From the NCBI GenBank assembly GCA_016179865.1, contig JACPCJ010000099.1, positions 3,786 through 67,785 of the forward strand: a stretch of 64,000 nt of DNA. Reading direction: 5' to 3'. The position numbers and the translations under genes are program-made. Positions 36,040 to 45,916 of the stretch are shown piece by piece. The stretch comes from Actinomycetota bacterium (GTDB lineage: Bacteria > Actinomycetota > Acidimicrobiia > IMCC26256 > JACPCJ01). The stretch's first letter is position 1, and every line of letters starts with the position of its first letter. The notes under the pieces were generated by a model, which was not told where the DNA came from, searched no databases, and worked only from the letters and a program-made list of their open reading frames with translations.

Positions 36040-37691
36040 GCCGACTCCCATTGCGCCCGGGCCGCCAGACGCCCGTAGTCGAACTCGACCATGGAGTCGG
36101 CGAGCGAGGTGCCGTCGAGCACGATGTCGACCTCGACCGAGATGCGGAGCCAGTTGGTGAGGCTGGCCTCGGCGTAGGTGATGTTGCCGGAGGCGTCGGT
36201 GGTACTCGACGTTGCCTTCCCACCCGAGACCACGGTCGTCGCCAGCGTGACCGACGCACCTCCCACGTCGAAGCTCGCCGTCGCCGACTCCTCCTTCTCC
36301 TCACCCGGATCGACGGAGATGGTCCGGTATCCGAGGGTGCCGCCGAGGGTGTCGTACACCTGGACCTCGATGGCGCCGCCCGTCACCGAGGGCGACAGCG
36401 CCGTCGGCCCGGCGGCGGCGTCGACCTGCACGTCAACCGAGCTGATCCGAACCGCGCCCACGAACCCGGTCGGCGCCCCCTGCACCGTCACCACGTCGAC
36501 GCTCGGCATCTGGAGGCGCGCGAAGGCGGAGAGCATGTGGGTGTCGTTCACGGCGTCGTGGTCCAGGCTGCTCGTAGCCAGCGACGCGCCCGTCAGCCGC
36601 ACGAGGTCGCCACTCACGGGGCCGACGTCGAATCCGAAGGCGGCGCTGTCGGGTCCCGACCCCTCGCTCCAGTGGGAGGCGAGCCGGTCGTCGTCGCCGA
36701 TCGTCGTCGTGTAGCAGGTGAAGCATGACCGGGATGTGCTCTTGGACTCCACGGCGTCGTTCGCCCCGAGGTCAAGCGTGAGCACCGTGCCCGCCGACGC
36801 CTCGTGGCCGACGTCGTACACCGGCCCCTCGGCGTCGTTCTCCGGGAGCCCTGTCGAGGCGTCGCTGTCGGTGGCGGTGTCGGCGAAGATCCCGTCGCAC
36901 TGGGCGCTGGTCGCCGAGGCGTTGACGTCGCAGCCGCTGACGGTCCCCGACGCCACTTCGAGGACGCCCGACGACGACCGGGCCAGCCCCGTCGCCTCCC
37001 GCACGAAGAGGGAGCTGACCGCGCCGACGGCCGATGGGTTGTAGATGACCGCCCGGCTGAGGTCGATGCCGTCGAAGGTACCGGTGACCTCGACGGTGCC
37101 CCCGTCGACGTCTGCCGCCCCGTCGACCAGGGGATCCGGCGGCACCCCGGCCTCGAACAGGAACGACGACAGCCGCACCCTGTTCGCGATCGTCGCCGTG
37201 TCGTACTGGGCGTTCGCCCACGACACGATCACCGTGAGGCGCTTGAAAGGATCGGCGTTCCCCTGGGTGACCCAGGTGACGTAGACGTCGACCGTGTAGG
37301 TGGTCGTGTCGTTGACGTCGCTCCAACGATGCTCGGGGAAGATGGGCGCCGCCGATCCGACCAGGCTTTCCCCTTCGAACGCCAGCGGGGCCCCCGAGAC
37401 CGAGGCATCCGCGGCCAGCGTGGTGTCGCCGCTGAGGTCGTGAGCCACCTGCGCGTACAGCGACGCCCGGGCTTCCTCGATCACGCTCCGGGCCACCGCC
37501 ACCGCACCCGTGCGCTGGCGTCCGCTGACCAGATTTCTCACGCTGGCGGAAAAGGTCGCCAGCGCCCCGGTCATCACGATGAAGACCAGGGTCATGGCCA
37601 CCGTCGTTTCGACGATGGTGAACCCGTCTTCACCGGACCCGGAACGCGGACGCCCCCTCCATCGTGCTGCGAGTTGATATAGGGCCGTCAT
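36036..37691 (-). CDS. Large type IV prepilin-like protein (551 aa)
   Basis: EDGFTIVETTVAM class III signal; FKRLTVIVSW; start at ATG 37691. Confidence 0.8.
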   Translation of the reverse strand: MTALYQLAARWRGRPRSGSGEDGFTIVETTVAMTLVFIVMTGALATFSASVRNLVSGRQRTGAVAVARSVIEEARASLYAQVAHDLSGDTTLAADASVSGAPLAFEGESLVGSAAPIFPEHRWSDVNDTTTYTVDVYVTWVTQGNADPFKRLTVIVSWANAQYDTATIANRVRLSSFLFEAGVPPDPLVDGAADVDGGTVEVTGTFDGIDLSRAVIYNPSAVGAVSSLFVREATGLARSSSGVLEVASGTVSGCDVNASATSAQCDGIFADTATDSDASTGLPENDAEGPVYDVGHEASAGTVLTLDLGANDAVESKSTSRSCFTCYTTTIGDDDRLASHWSEGSGPDSAAFGFDVGPVSGDLVRLTGASLATSSLDHDAVNDTHMLSAFARLQMPSVDVVTVQGAPTGFVGAVRISSVDVQVDAAAGPTALSPSVTGGAIEVQVYDTLGGTLGYRTISVDPGEEKEESATASFDVGGASVTLATTVVSGGKATSSTTDASGNITYAEASLTNWLRISVEVDIVLDGTSLADSMVEFDYGRLAARAQWESA

Positions 37692-37803
37692 CGCAATGAT
37701 GAGCCGCCCTTGGCAACGGTCGGACGAAGCGCATGATGATGAAGGCGATGCTTCGCCGGGCCGTTCCTCCCAGAGAGAAGGTCGGCGGGAGGCGAGCCGT
37801 GCT

Positions 37804-37995
37804 CTAGGCCTCTGGACCGGGAATTGGGCGGTCGTTGTGGCCGGACGGCGCGTGATGTCCGGGTTCGCGCCCTTGGCGTCGGCGTCGTTGAGATCGCTCG
37901 TAGAGGCGCAGGGCGGAAAAGATCGCGACTGGCGACAGGAGAACGAGGAACTCGTCCCACCCGGAACCGTGCGCAAGGACGGGACCCAGAGCCAT
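37804..37995 (-). CDS. Small single-TM protein (63 aa)
   Basis: MALGPVLAHGSGWDEFLVLLSPVAIFSALRLYERSQRRRR; tail of a spurious long ORF. Confidence 0.55.
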   Translation of the reverse strand: MALGPVLAHGSGWDEFLVLLSPVAIFSALRLYERSQRRRRQGREPGHHAPSGHNDRPIPGPEA

Positions 37996-38055
37996 CGCCG
38001 CGAACGGTAGCCTCCGACGCGGCGGCGGCCGGCAGGCGACCCGCGGGGAGGACCC

Positions 38056-39198
38056 TTGCCACCCGAGAAGCTCCACTGGAAGCACCTGTTCCCGGAAGTG
38101 ATCACGAGCGGCCTCTGCACGGGGTGCGCCGCCTGCGTCATCGCCTGCCCCCACGACGTCATCGGCTACCACCACGAGTCCGGGGAGTACCGACCCTTCC
38201 ACCTCGAAGAAGAAGACGGCCCCGGTGGGTGCGGCCACGGCGACAAGGGCTGCACACTCTGCACCCGGGCCTGCCCGCGCTTTCGGGCCTGGGAGCCCGA
38301 GATCGACGAATTTCTCTTCGGACGGACCCGTGAGCCAGCGGAGGTGAGCGGCGTCTCCAAGGACATCGTCCTGGTTCGCGCCACCGACCCGGTCATCGCC
38401 GAGGCCGGGCAGGATGGCGGCCTGGTTTCGGCGATCCTCATCTACGCCCTCGAGCACGACCTCATCGACTGCGCGCTGGTTTCCTACCTCGAGGGCGACG
38501 GCACGTGGAAGGCAGTTCCCGGCGTCGCCCGCAACCGCGACGACGTGCTGCGCTCGGCTGGCAGCCGCTACACCTACTCGGCCAACACGCTGGCCTACCG
38601 GGACGCGATCGAAGGGGACGGCGGAGACGGCGCCGCCGAGCGCATCGCCCTCGTCGGGATGAGCTGCCAGAGCTCGGCGGTGCCGGTGCTCAAGGTCCGG
38701 AAAGCCGGAAAGCTGGCGCGCCGCATCACGCTCAACATCGGCCTCCTCTGCTCGAAGACCTTCGACGACCGGATCTTCGAGGAGTTGCTCGAAGCGCAGT
38801 ACGGGCTGGCCCGGCGTGACATTCAGAAGATGAACGTCAAGGGACGGCTCCAGATCTGGTGCCACGACGGCCGCTACGTCGAGGTACCCCTGAAGGAGTG
38901 CCACCCGTTCACCCGCGAGGGCTGCAAGATGTGCCCCGACTTCGCGGCCGAGCACGCCGACATCTCGACCGGCGGCATCGGGGCGTACAACGACTGGACG
39001 CTGACCATCGTGCGCACCGACACCGGGCGCGAACTCCTCGACAAGATGTTGACCGACAAGTGGATCGAGGTGCGGCCCGGCGACGACGACCCAGGCGCCA
39101 TCGAGCTGCTGCACAAGCTCGCCACCAAGCAGCGGTCCCGCTGGCCCGACTTCGCCCACACGCAAGCCCCGGCCGCGACACCACCGCCCTCCGCCTGA
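38056..39198 (+). CDS. FrhB-family (F420 hydrogenase/dehydrogenase beta subunit-like) Fe-S flavoprotein
   Basis: CTGCAACVIACP, CTLCTRACP, QDGGLVSAIL, AGSRY, VGMSCQ, GLLC, CKMCPDFAAEHADISTG. Confidence 0.9.
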   Translation: MPPEKLHWKHLFPEVITSGLCTGCAACVIACPHDVIGYHHESGEYRPFHLEEEDGPGGCGHGDKGCTLCTRACPRFRAWEPEIDEFLFGRTREPAEVSGVSKDIVLVRATDPVIAEAGQDGGLVSAILIYALEHDLIDCALVSYLEGDGTWKAVPGVARNRDDVLRSAGSRYTYSANTLAYRDAIEGDGGDGAAERIALVGMSCQSSAVPVLKVRKAGKLARRITLNIGLLCSKTFDDRIFEELLEAQYGLARRDIQKMNVKGRLQIWCHDGRYVEVPLKECHPFTREGCKMCPDFAAEHADISTGGIGAYNDWTLTIVRTDTGRELLDKMLTDKWIEVRPGDDDPGAIELLHKLATKQRSRWPDFAHTQAPAATPPPSA

Positions 39199-39205
39199 TT
39201 TCCAC

Positions 39206-39252
39206 GTCTGTGTCGCGTTAAGCGCGCATGCGCGCCGTAACGCGCCACAGAC
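39206..39252. repeat. 47-bp palindrome, family A copy 2
   Basis: GTCTGTGTCGCGTTA-N17-TAACGCGCCACAGAC. Confidence 0.9.
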
Positions 39253-39298
39253 ACGAAACAACTCGCCCCCACTGCACGCGAGCCGCGATCCTGGCGGC

Positions 39299-40489
39299 AT
39301 GGAACTGGGCGACGGCCGACGGGCGGTGCTCGCGGCCGCCGCCGTTTCGACGGTCTCGGTGCTCCCCCCGTTCCTCACCGGAGCGCTCTCGGTCCAGCTG
39401 CGCGCCGACCTCGAATTCGGAGCGGCGGCGCTGGGCGTCGCCGTTGCCACCTCGTTCGCCGTGGCCGCTGTCGCCTCCGCTCTCGCTGGTCGCACGGTGG
39501 AACGTCTCGGACCGGCGGCCGGCATGCGCGCCGCGGCCCTGCTCAGCGCCGTTGCGCTGAGCGCGATGGCCGCGGCGCCATCCTTCAGCTTCCTAACGGG
39601 CGCACTCGCCGTCGCTGGGGTCGGAAACGCCGCCGCCCAAGCGGGATCGAACCTGCTCCTCGCCCGCGGCGTGCCCGTAGAGCGCCGCGCGACCGCTTTC
39701 GGGATCAAGCAGTCGGCGATCCCGGCCGCCATGCTGGTCGGCGGCCTTGCTGTCCCTGCCGTCGCTCTCACCGTCGGGTGGCGATGGGCGTTCGGCGGCG
39801 CGGGCGCCCTGGCGCTGGCCAGCACGGCCCTGGTCCCCGCGGCCAACCGCGCCCGCCCGACCCAACAGCACAGCCCGGGGCGGGCGCCCCTGTCGCCGAT
39901 GCTCGTCCTGCTGGCGGCGGCCGGCGGGTTGGGTGCCGTCTCCGCCAACACCCTCGGCGCCTTCCTCGTGGTGTCGTCGGTGGAAGCCGGAGTGAGCGAG
40001 GGCGCCGCCGGCCTGCTTTACGCGCTCGGCAGCGCCGTCGGACTCGCTGCCCGCGTGTTCACCGGCCTCGCCGCCGACCGGTCGGCCCGGAGCGACACCC
40101 TCCCCGTCGTCGGCGTGATGCTCCTCGGCGGGAGCGCCGGCTTCGCCCTGCTGGCCACCGGATCAACGGCCGCCCTCGTCCCCGGAGTCGTCCTCGCCTT
40201 CGGCCTGGGCTGGGGATGGCCCGGCCTGTTCAACTGGGCAGTCGTGCACCGCCATCCGCACGCGCCCGCCGCCGCGACCGGGATAACCCAGACCGGGGTG
40301 TACCTGGGAGCGCTGACCGGACCGCTCGTGTTCGGACTCATCGCCGAACGCGCGTCGTTCGGGGCGGCCTGGGTATTTGCCCTCGCCTGCTCGGTGGCGG
40401 GAGCCCTGGCTGTGGTCGCCGCCCGGCGGTGGGAGGAGGCGGGTCGGCCGTCGACGCCCGCGACGGCACCCGTGTCTGGGGCAGCGTGA
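39299..40489 (+). CDS. MFS transporter
   Basis: ~12 TMs, GRTVERLG and GLAADRS loop motifs. Confidence 0.88.
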   Translation: MELGDGRRAVLAAAAVSTVSVLPPFLTGALSVQLRADLEFGAAALGVAVATSFAVAAVASALAGRTVERLGPAAGMRAAALLSAVALSAMAAAPSFSFLTGALAVAGVGNAAAQAGSNLLLARGVPVERRATAFGIKQSAIPAAMLVGGLAVPAVALTVGWRWAFGGAGALALASTALVPAANRARPTQQHSPGRAPLSPMLVLLAAAGGLGAVSANTLGAFLVVSSVEAGVSEGAAGLLYALGSAVGLAARVFTGLAADRSARSDTLPVVGVMLLGGSAGFALLATGSTAALVPGVVLAFGLGWGWPGLFNWAVVHRHPHAPAAATGITQTGVYLGALTGPLVFGLIAERASFGAAWVFALACSVAGALAVVAARRWEEAGRPSTPATAPVSGAA

Positions 40490-41148
40490 TCTTCCGCGAC
40501 CGACGCGACGCGGGCGAACGGCTCGCGGCCGCGCTTGACGACCTCCGCAGCCGCGAGGACGTGGTGGTCGCCGGGCTCGTGCGCGGTGGCGTTCCCGTTG
40601 CCGCCGAGGTCGCCGCCAGCGTGGGGGCTCCGCTTGAGGTCCTGGTCGTGCGGAAGGTCGGAGCACCGACGAATCCGGAGTATGGGATCGGCGCCGTGGC
40701 CGAGGGAGGCCTCGTGGTCGCGAATCCCCGCGCCCTCGAGCTGACGGGTGTCAGCGATGAGGGCTTCCAGGAACTCGCCCGAGCCGAAGCGGTCGAGGTG
40801 CAGCGGCGGGTGGAGCGGTACCGGGCCGGGCGCCCCCGAGCCAGCTTCGAAGGCAAGGCGGTGGTCATCGTCGACGACGGGCTGGCGACGGGCGTGACCG
40901 CCCACGCCGGGATCGAGGCCGCCCGGCGGATGGGGGCACGCCAGGTCATCCTCGCCGTCCCGGTCGGCTCCGCCGAGACCGTTCAGGACCTCGGCCTCGT
41001 GGCCGACCGAGTCGTATGTCTGGAGCAGCCGCCCGATTTCCGGGCCGTCGGAACCTGGTACCAGAACTTCGCTCAGGTGTCGGACGCCGAGGTTGTCATC
41101 GCCCTCGCGCCCCGAGGAGGCGCCGGCGGGCAATCATCGGAAGGATGA
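40486..41148 (+). CDS. Phosphoribosyltransferase-family protein
   Basis: FRDRRDAGERLA, RGGVPVA, VVIVDDGLATG; GTGA overlap. Confidence 0.9.
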   Translation: MIFRDRRDAGERLAAALDDLRSREDVVVAGLVRGGVPVAAEVAASVGAPLEVLVVRKVGAPTNPEYGIGAVAEGGLVVANPRALELTGVSDEGFQELARAEAVEVQRRVERYRAGRPRASFEGKAVVIVDDGLATGVTAHAGIEAARRMGARQVILAVPVGSAETVQDLGLVADRVVCLEQPPDFRAVGTWYQNFAQVSDAEVVIALAPRGGAGGQSSEG

Positions 41149-42253
41149 GTAGGGCGGCGGCCAGCGAGGGAGCGCCTCCGGTCGCCGGCGTGACCTCGGT
41201 GGCCCCCAACGCGTTGGAGCCTGCGGAACCCGCCGCCACCACGACTCCGCCTCCACCCCCACCCGGACCCCCAGATCCCGGCGCACCCGAATTCCCGCTC
41301 GCGTAGGGCCTGAGCGCCGGCTCCGCCGTGGCGTTCTCGAACTCGGGGAAGCCGGCCTGCATGCTCCGTTGCATCATTTCGGCGGCGCGGGTGAGCGGGT
41401 TGACCCCGTCGAAGAACACGCCGGCGCACGCCTTGACTGGGTCGATGCGCGACAGCGACGCCGGGCCGGGATTCGTCAGGGCGTCGATCACCACGTCGTG
41501 CACCGCGTGGTCGGACATCAAGAAGGCATGGTCGACGGGACGCCCGGGGCACAGGTCCTGAATGAGCACGTTGCTGGCCCCGTCGATCGCCGACGTGGAG
41601 ACGGGCGCCTGCGGCTGCACCAGCTCGTCGGTGAGGGTGTAGATGCTCGTGTAGCTGATCTCCCCCGGGGTCTCGTCATCGGCGTTGAGCGCCGTCAGGT
41701 AGCTCGACCCGGGGCGCATCTGCCAGCACGATTCGAAGCACCCGCTCGGGAACCCCCCCGAGGCGAGGCCGGTCCCGTGGTTGGGTCCCGCCAGCATCAC
41801 GACGTCGTCGACCGCTTGACGCACGTCGGGCCACCATTTCACTGCCCACCGGGGATGCAGCGCGCCCTGGCTGTGACCCATCACGTCGACGAGCTCGCCG
41901 CCGGAGCGGCGCGCCATCTCCCGGATGGCGGCCACGACGTATTCCGCCTGCACCTGCATGTCGCCGAGGGACCGGTTCGGCAGGGTCACGGCACACACGT
42001 CCCACCCGGCCGCGGTCAGCACCGACTGCCAGTTCCAGCTCCAGTTCTCCCACGCGTTGGTGAACGTCCCATGGACGAGGAGCAGCGGCTGGTGAGCCGG
42101 GTCGTCGAAGGTGTCGGGGCAGTCGAGCCCCGCCGCCAGTTGTTCGGGCGGCGTCTCGAGGGCCGGGCCCGCTTCGTCGGCGGCGGCGGCAGCGGGTAGC
42201 GCGAGCGCGCCAGCAGACGCGCTGAGAACAACGACCGCCAACAGCCGGCGCAT
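41096..42253 (-). CDS. Secreted lipase (alpha/beta hydrolase)
   Basis: Signal peptide, LLVHGT, GHSQG, AGPNHGT, DELVQP, DH; C-terminal hydrophobic anchor followed by RRR. Confidence 0.88.
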   Translation of the reverse strand: MRRLLAVVVLSASAGALALPAAAAADEAGPALETPPEQLAAGLDCPDTFDDPAHQPLLLVHGTFTNAWENWSWNWQSVLTAAGWDVCAVTLPNRSLGDMQVQAEYVVAAIREMARRSGGELVDVMGHSQGALHPRWAVKWWPDVRQAVDDVVMLAGPNHGTGLASGGFPSGCFESCWQMRPGSSYLTALNADDETPGEISYTSIYTLTDELVQPQAPVSTSAIDGASNVLIQDLCPGRPVDHAFLMSDHAVHDVVIDALTNPGPASLSRIDPVKACAGVFFDGVNPLTRAAEMMQRSMQAGFPEFENATAEPALRPYASGNSGAPGSGGPGGGGGGVVVAAGSAGSNALGATEVTPATGGAPSLAAALLILPMIARRRLLGARGR

Positions 42254-42270
42254 CCGGCGAGATTCGCCGC

Positions 42271-42702
42271 CTATGCCCCGAGTTCCTTCGCAGGGAGGTC
42301 GGTGGAACGCGCCTCGAGCACGGTCGCGGGGCCCATGAAGCGGAGCCGGCGCTCGAAGGAGCGCCGCAGCAGGCGGCGGATGCCCGACCGCAGGAACGGC
42401 ACCAAGAGCAGGATCCCAACCACGTCGGTCAGGAAGCCGGGGGTGAGGAGGAGGGCGCCGGCGCCGAACACCAACAGCCCGTCGACCAGTTCCTTCCCGG
42501 GCAGCTCGCCCTGGTTGAGGCGCTGGCGCACGGCGGTGATGACTCTCAGCCCCTGGCGCTTCGCCATCGCCGCGCCGAGCGCAGACATGAAGATCATGAG
42601 GAGGAGGGTTTCCGGGATCCCGATCCGGTCGCCGAGCATCACGATCACGGTCAGCTCGGCAAACGGCACGACGAGAAACAGCACGAAGAGAAGCGCTCCC
42701 AC
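42271..42702 (-). CDS. fxsA: FxsA-family membrane protein
   Basis: VPFAEL..AKRQG..GALLLTPGFLTDVVGILLLVP. Confidence 0.85.
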   Translation of the reverse strand: MGALLFVLFLVVPFAELTVIVMLGDRIGIPETLLLMIFMSALGAAMAKRQGLRVITAVRQRLNQGELPGKELVDGLLVFGAGALLLTPGFLTDVVGILLLVPFLRSGIRRLLRRSFERRLRFMGPATVLEARSTDLPAKELGA

Positions 42703-42744
42703 GGCGGCAAGGCTAGGACGGCGGTCGCGCGCGACCATGACGGG

Positions 42745-43068
42745 GTGCGAGTGGTGGCCTTCGTCAGCGACCTCATGGACCGTTCCAAGATCGCAGGCGC
42801 GGGCGAGGTGACCTTCGCCCGCGGGGCCGAAGAGGCCGCCGGCGCCGACGTGGTCATCGTCGACCTCGGCGCCCACGCCGACCTCGTTCCGACGATCCGG
42901 GCGGCGGCACCGGAGGCCAGGATCGTGGCCTACGGGCGGCACACCGAAACGGCGGCCCTCGAGCAGGCCCTCACCGATGGCGCCAACGAGTCGCTCGCCC
43001 GCTCCCGCTTCTTCGCCGACCCCGCCTCCTGGATCCGCCGCTCCGGTCAGACCAGGGGCCAGGGGTAG
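42745..43068 (+). CDS. Small receiver-like domain protein
   Basis: VSDLMDRSKI..VVIVDL..IVAYGRH..A..GA..LARSRFF. Confidence 0.65.
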   Translation: MRVVAFVSDLMDRSKIAGAGEVTFARGAEEAAGADVVIVDLGAHADLVPTIRAAAPEARIVAYGRHTETAALEQALTDGANESLARSRFFADPASWIRRSGQTRGQG

Positions 43069-43778
43069 GGGTAGTCGCCCCGGGGAAGCGGGAAGGACCC
43101 GGAGTCCAGTAATCGCCGCAGCCTCGCGCCGGCGGCCTCGACCTCGCCCGGAGCGAGCAAGCCGGCCAGGCGGTTTCCCACCGGGCCTTCGAGCTCACGG
43201 GCAAGCCTGCACAGGCCATCGGTGACGGCCGCGGAGAGGGGCTCGCCCGCGTAGTCCCAGATCACGGTGCGGAGTTTGTGGTCGGCGTGGAAGCTCACGC
43301 CGTGGTCGATGCCCCACACGTGCCCACGGGCATCCTTCACGCAGTGCCCCGACTTCCGGTCGGCGTTGTTGATCACGGCGTCGAACGCCGCGAACTCGCG
43401 AAACCGGTCGGCGTGGGCGTCGCGCAGCTCGAGGTAGTGATCGTCGGGGTCGTGGTCGATGAAGAGCTGCACCATCCCGGGGCCGAGCGGGCCGTCGCGC
43501 AGCACCGTCGGCGGAACGATCGCCCACCCCATCGCCTCCGACACCGCGAACGCCGCCATCTCCCGCTCGCACAGCGAGCCGGGCGGAAAGTCCCACAGCG
43601 GGCGCTCTCCCCGGCGCGGCTTGTAGATGACGAGGGCCTCTCCGGCGTCGTCGCTGATGGCGGCGAGGAAGGTGGCGTTCGACGACCAGGGCATCCGCTC
43701 CACCAGCTCGAGCGACGCCCCGGCCAGGCGCGCCGACACGTCGCGTGCCCCCGCGGAGTCGGCGCGCGAAAGGGCCAC
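43047..43778 (-). CDS. SCO1664-family PI-kinase-like protein
   Basis: SSNATFL, YKPRRGERPLWDFP, NNADRKSGH, WGIDHG, KLRTVIW, YPWP; start approximate. Confidence 0.88.
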   Translation of the reverse strand: MALSRADSAGARDVSARLAGASLELVERMPWSSNATFLAAISDDAGEALVIYKPRRGERPLWDFPPGSLCEREMAAFAVSEAMGWAIVPPTVLRDGPLGPGMVQLFIDHDPDDHYLELRDAHADRFREFAAFDAVINNADRKSGHCVKDARGHVWGIDHGVSFHADHKLRTVIWDYAGEPLSAAVTDGLCRLARELEGPVGNRLAGLLAPGEVEAAGARLRRLLDSGSFPLPRGDYPYPWPLV

Positions 43779-43780
43779 CG

Positions 43781-44329
43781 TCAGTTCTTGGACGGGCAGT
43801 CGTGCCCGTCGGGGTCCATGGGCAGCATGCAGAGCCGGCACTGGGGCCGCCCGGCGGCGACGGCCTCGGCCCCCCGGATGGCAACCCGGCGCATCTGGGC
43901 CCGGGTGGCAAAGAGTCGCGCCACATGACCCTCGGGCGTGAAGGTCAGCTCGTCGAGCTCGTCGGGGTCGGCCTCGGCGATCTCCTCGGGGACGTCTTCG
44001 AAGAGCTCGAGGACGACCATCTCCCGCGCCGTGTCGAAGCCGAGGCGGAGCATGCGGGCTCGAAATAGCGGCTCCTCCTGTTCCGATACCGCCGGAACCT
44101 CGCCCGTGCTCGGCGCCGGTTCTTCCTCGTCGTCGGGGAGGTACTCGTCGAGCTCAGCCAAGAGCTGGAGAAGCCGTGCCGACAACATGGCCACTTGCTC
44201 CTTCTCGACGAGCACCGAGAGGTTGACCGCGCCCCGCCCGGCCTGGATCAGGAACGTGCGCTCACCGGGTCGGCCGACGGCGCCCGTCGTGATGCGGTCG
44301 ACGGGATCGAACTCGATGGCGTCCGTCAT
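43781..44329 (-). CDS. DUF3090-family protein
   Basis: GAVGRPGERTFLIQA..VEKEQV..AGRPQCRLC.LPMDPDGHDCP. Confidence 0.88.
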   Translation of the reverse strand: MTDAIEFDPVDRITTGAVGRPGERTFLIQAGRGAVNLSVLVEKEQVAMLSARLLQLLAELDEYLPDDEEEPAPSTGEVPAVSEQEEPLFRARMLRLGFDTAREMVVLELFEDVPEEIAEADPDELDELTFTPEGHVARLFATRAQMRRVAIRGAEAVAAGRPQCRLCMLPMDPDGHDCPSKN

Positions 44330-44979
44330 CGAGCCTTCTCCGGACCGGGAGCGGCGAGGATGCTCACCGCACCCGTGTCGTTGAACAACTCGAGGACCGG
44401 CACGGGGCCGAAGAACGACAGGATCGTGATCGACGCCGGCGCAACCACCAGCCGCTGGAAGAGGTCGAGGTGGAGCCCGACGGCGTGCGCAACGACGGCC
44501 TTGATGATGTCGGCATGGGCGACGACGATCACGGTCTCGCCGGCGTGCTCCTGCACGACGCCGTCCACCGCGGCCACGGCTCGAGCCTGCATGGCCGCCA
44601 GCCCCTCGCCGCCGGGGAACACCACCCGCGACGGCGCCGCCATGATGACGGGCCAGAGCGGCTCCTTCATGAGCTGCTTCAGTTCCCGCCCGGCCCACTC
44701 CCCGACGTCGAAGTCGATGACCCCGGGCAGGTCGCGGATCGGGAGATCGTGGGGGTCGGCGATGATCTCGGCCGTCTGGCGGGTGCGCTCGAGCGGACTC
44801 GCGTAGACGGCGGCGACCCGGGCAAGGGCAAGTCGCTCGGCGACGGCCTTGGCCTGCGCCTTGCCGTCTTCGCTGAGGTGGATCCCCGGAAGCTGACCGG
44901 AGAGCACCCGCCCGGTCTCGGCGGTGACCCCGTGGCGGACGAGGACGACTCGTGTCGTTGACGGCTTCGGCTTCCCCAC
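44326..44979 (-). CDS. Histidine phosphatase (MSMEG_4193-like phosphomutase)
   Basis: LVRHG, SPLERTRQTA, FPGGE, VAHADIIKA. Confidence 0.88.
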   Translation of the reverse strand: MGKPKPSTTRVVLVRHGVTAETGRVLSGQLPGIHLSEDGKAQAKAVAERLALARVAAVYASPLERTRQTAEIIADPHDLPIRDLPGVIDFDVGEWAGRELKQLMKEPLWPVIMAAPSRVVFPGGEGLAAMQARAVAAVDGVVQEHAGETVIVVAHADIIKAVVAHAVGLHLDLFQRLVVAPASITILSFFGPVPVLELFNDTGAVSILAAPGPEKAR

Positions 44980-45020
44980 GACCTTCCAGGCTACCGGCGC
45001 CGCCGTGCCAAGATTCGGGC

Positions 45021-45467
45021 GTGACCGCCCCCAGCGACCAGCCCGTCGGCTTCAGCCCCTCCGGCCCCCCGGAGACCGTGCTCGAGCCGCCGCCCCCCGA
45101 AGCGCGGACGGCCCTCGACGAGGCCATGGCGCGGCCAGAGGCCGAACGGTTGACGGCGGTCGGATCGGTGGCGGCCCGGTTCCCGCGCTGGGCTGAGGCA
45201 TGGGCCGCGCTCGGCAACCTGGCGACGGGCGTGGAGGCGTACGCCTACTACCGGGTCGGATACCACCGCGGCCTCGACGCCCTCCGGGCGTCCGGGTGGC
45301 GGGGAACCGGGTATGTGCGCTGGCGCCACGAGAGCAACCGGGGGTTCCTGCGGGCACTCGATGGGCTCCGCCGGACGGCAGGCGAAATTGGGGAGAGCGA
45401 CGAGGAGGCGCGCTGCCAGGAGTTCCTCCACCAGCTCGACCCCGACTGGGACGCTCGGGAGGCGTGA
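45021..45467 (+). CDS. DUF3151-family protein
   Basis: AYAYYRVGYHRGLDALRASGWRG..W.HESNRGFLRAL. Confidence 0.85.
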   Translation: MTAPSDQPVGFSPSGPPETVLEPPPPEARTALDEAMARPEAERLTAVGSVAARFPRWAEAWAALGNLATGVEAYAYYRVGYHRGLDALRASGWRGTGYVRWRHESNRGFLRALDGLRRTAGEIGESDEEARCQEFLHQLDPDWDAREA

Positions 45468-45904
45468 ACCCTCCCGCCAGCGTGGGCCTTCGCGCCGCGG
45501 CCCGGATCGCCGACGTCGTTCTCGTCATGGTCCCGGCCTGGCTCCTCATCGCTCCGATCGTCCTCGTCGTCATCGATGACGCGGCCGGCGCCACCCTCCT
45601 GACGGGGCTCATCGCGTGGGCGGTGGTGATCGCCTACGAGACTCGGTTCACCACCGTGACCGGCCAGACCATCGGGAAGCGGGCCACTGGGCTTCGTGTG
45701 GTGGCGCGGGGGGGCGACGAACCACCCACGCCGCGGGCGGCGCTGGTCCGGGCGGCCGTGCCGCCGCTGCTCGGGACGGCGACCTTCTTCGCCTACGGCG
45801 TCGGCTGGCTGGTGCCCTATGCCTGGGCGCTCGTGGCCCGAGATCGGCGAGGGCTCCACGACCTCCTCGCTGGCACGGAGGTCGTGGCCGTCACCTCGGA
45901 ATGA
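45464..45904 (+). CDS. RDD-family membrane protein
   Basis: RAAARIAD, GQTIGKRATGLRVV, RGLHDLLAGTEVV. Confidence 0.85.
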   Translation: MNPPASVGLRAAARIADVVLVMVPAWLLIAPIVLVVIDDAAGATLLTGLIAWAVVIAYETRFTTVTGQTIGKRATGLRVVARGGDEPPTPRAALVRAAVPPLLGTATFFAYGVGWLVPYAWALVARDRRGLHDLLAGTEVVAVTSE

Positions 45905-45916
45905 GGGCTCTGGCTC

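Noticed and set aside
37692-37900. c-di-GMP riboswitch upstream of the pilin genes
   Set aside because: GEMM core motifs are not present; part of the region is better explained by a small ORF
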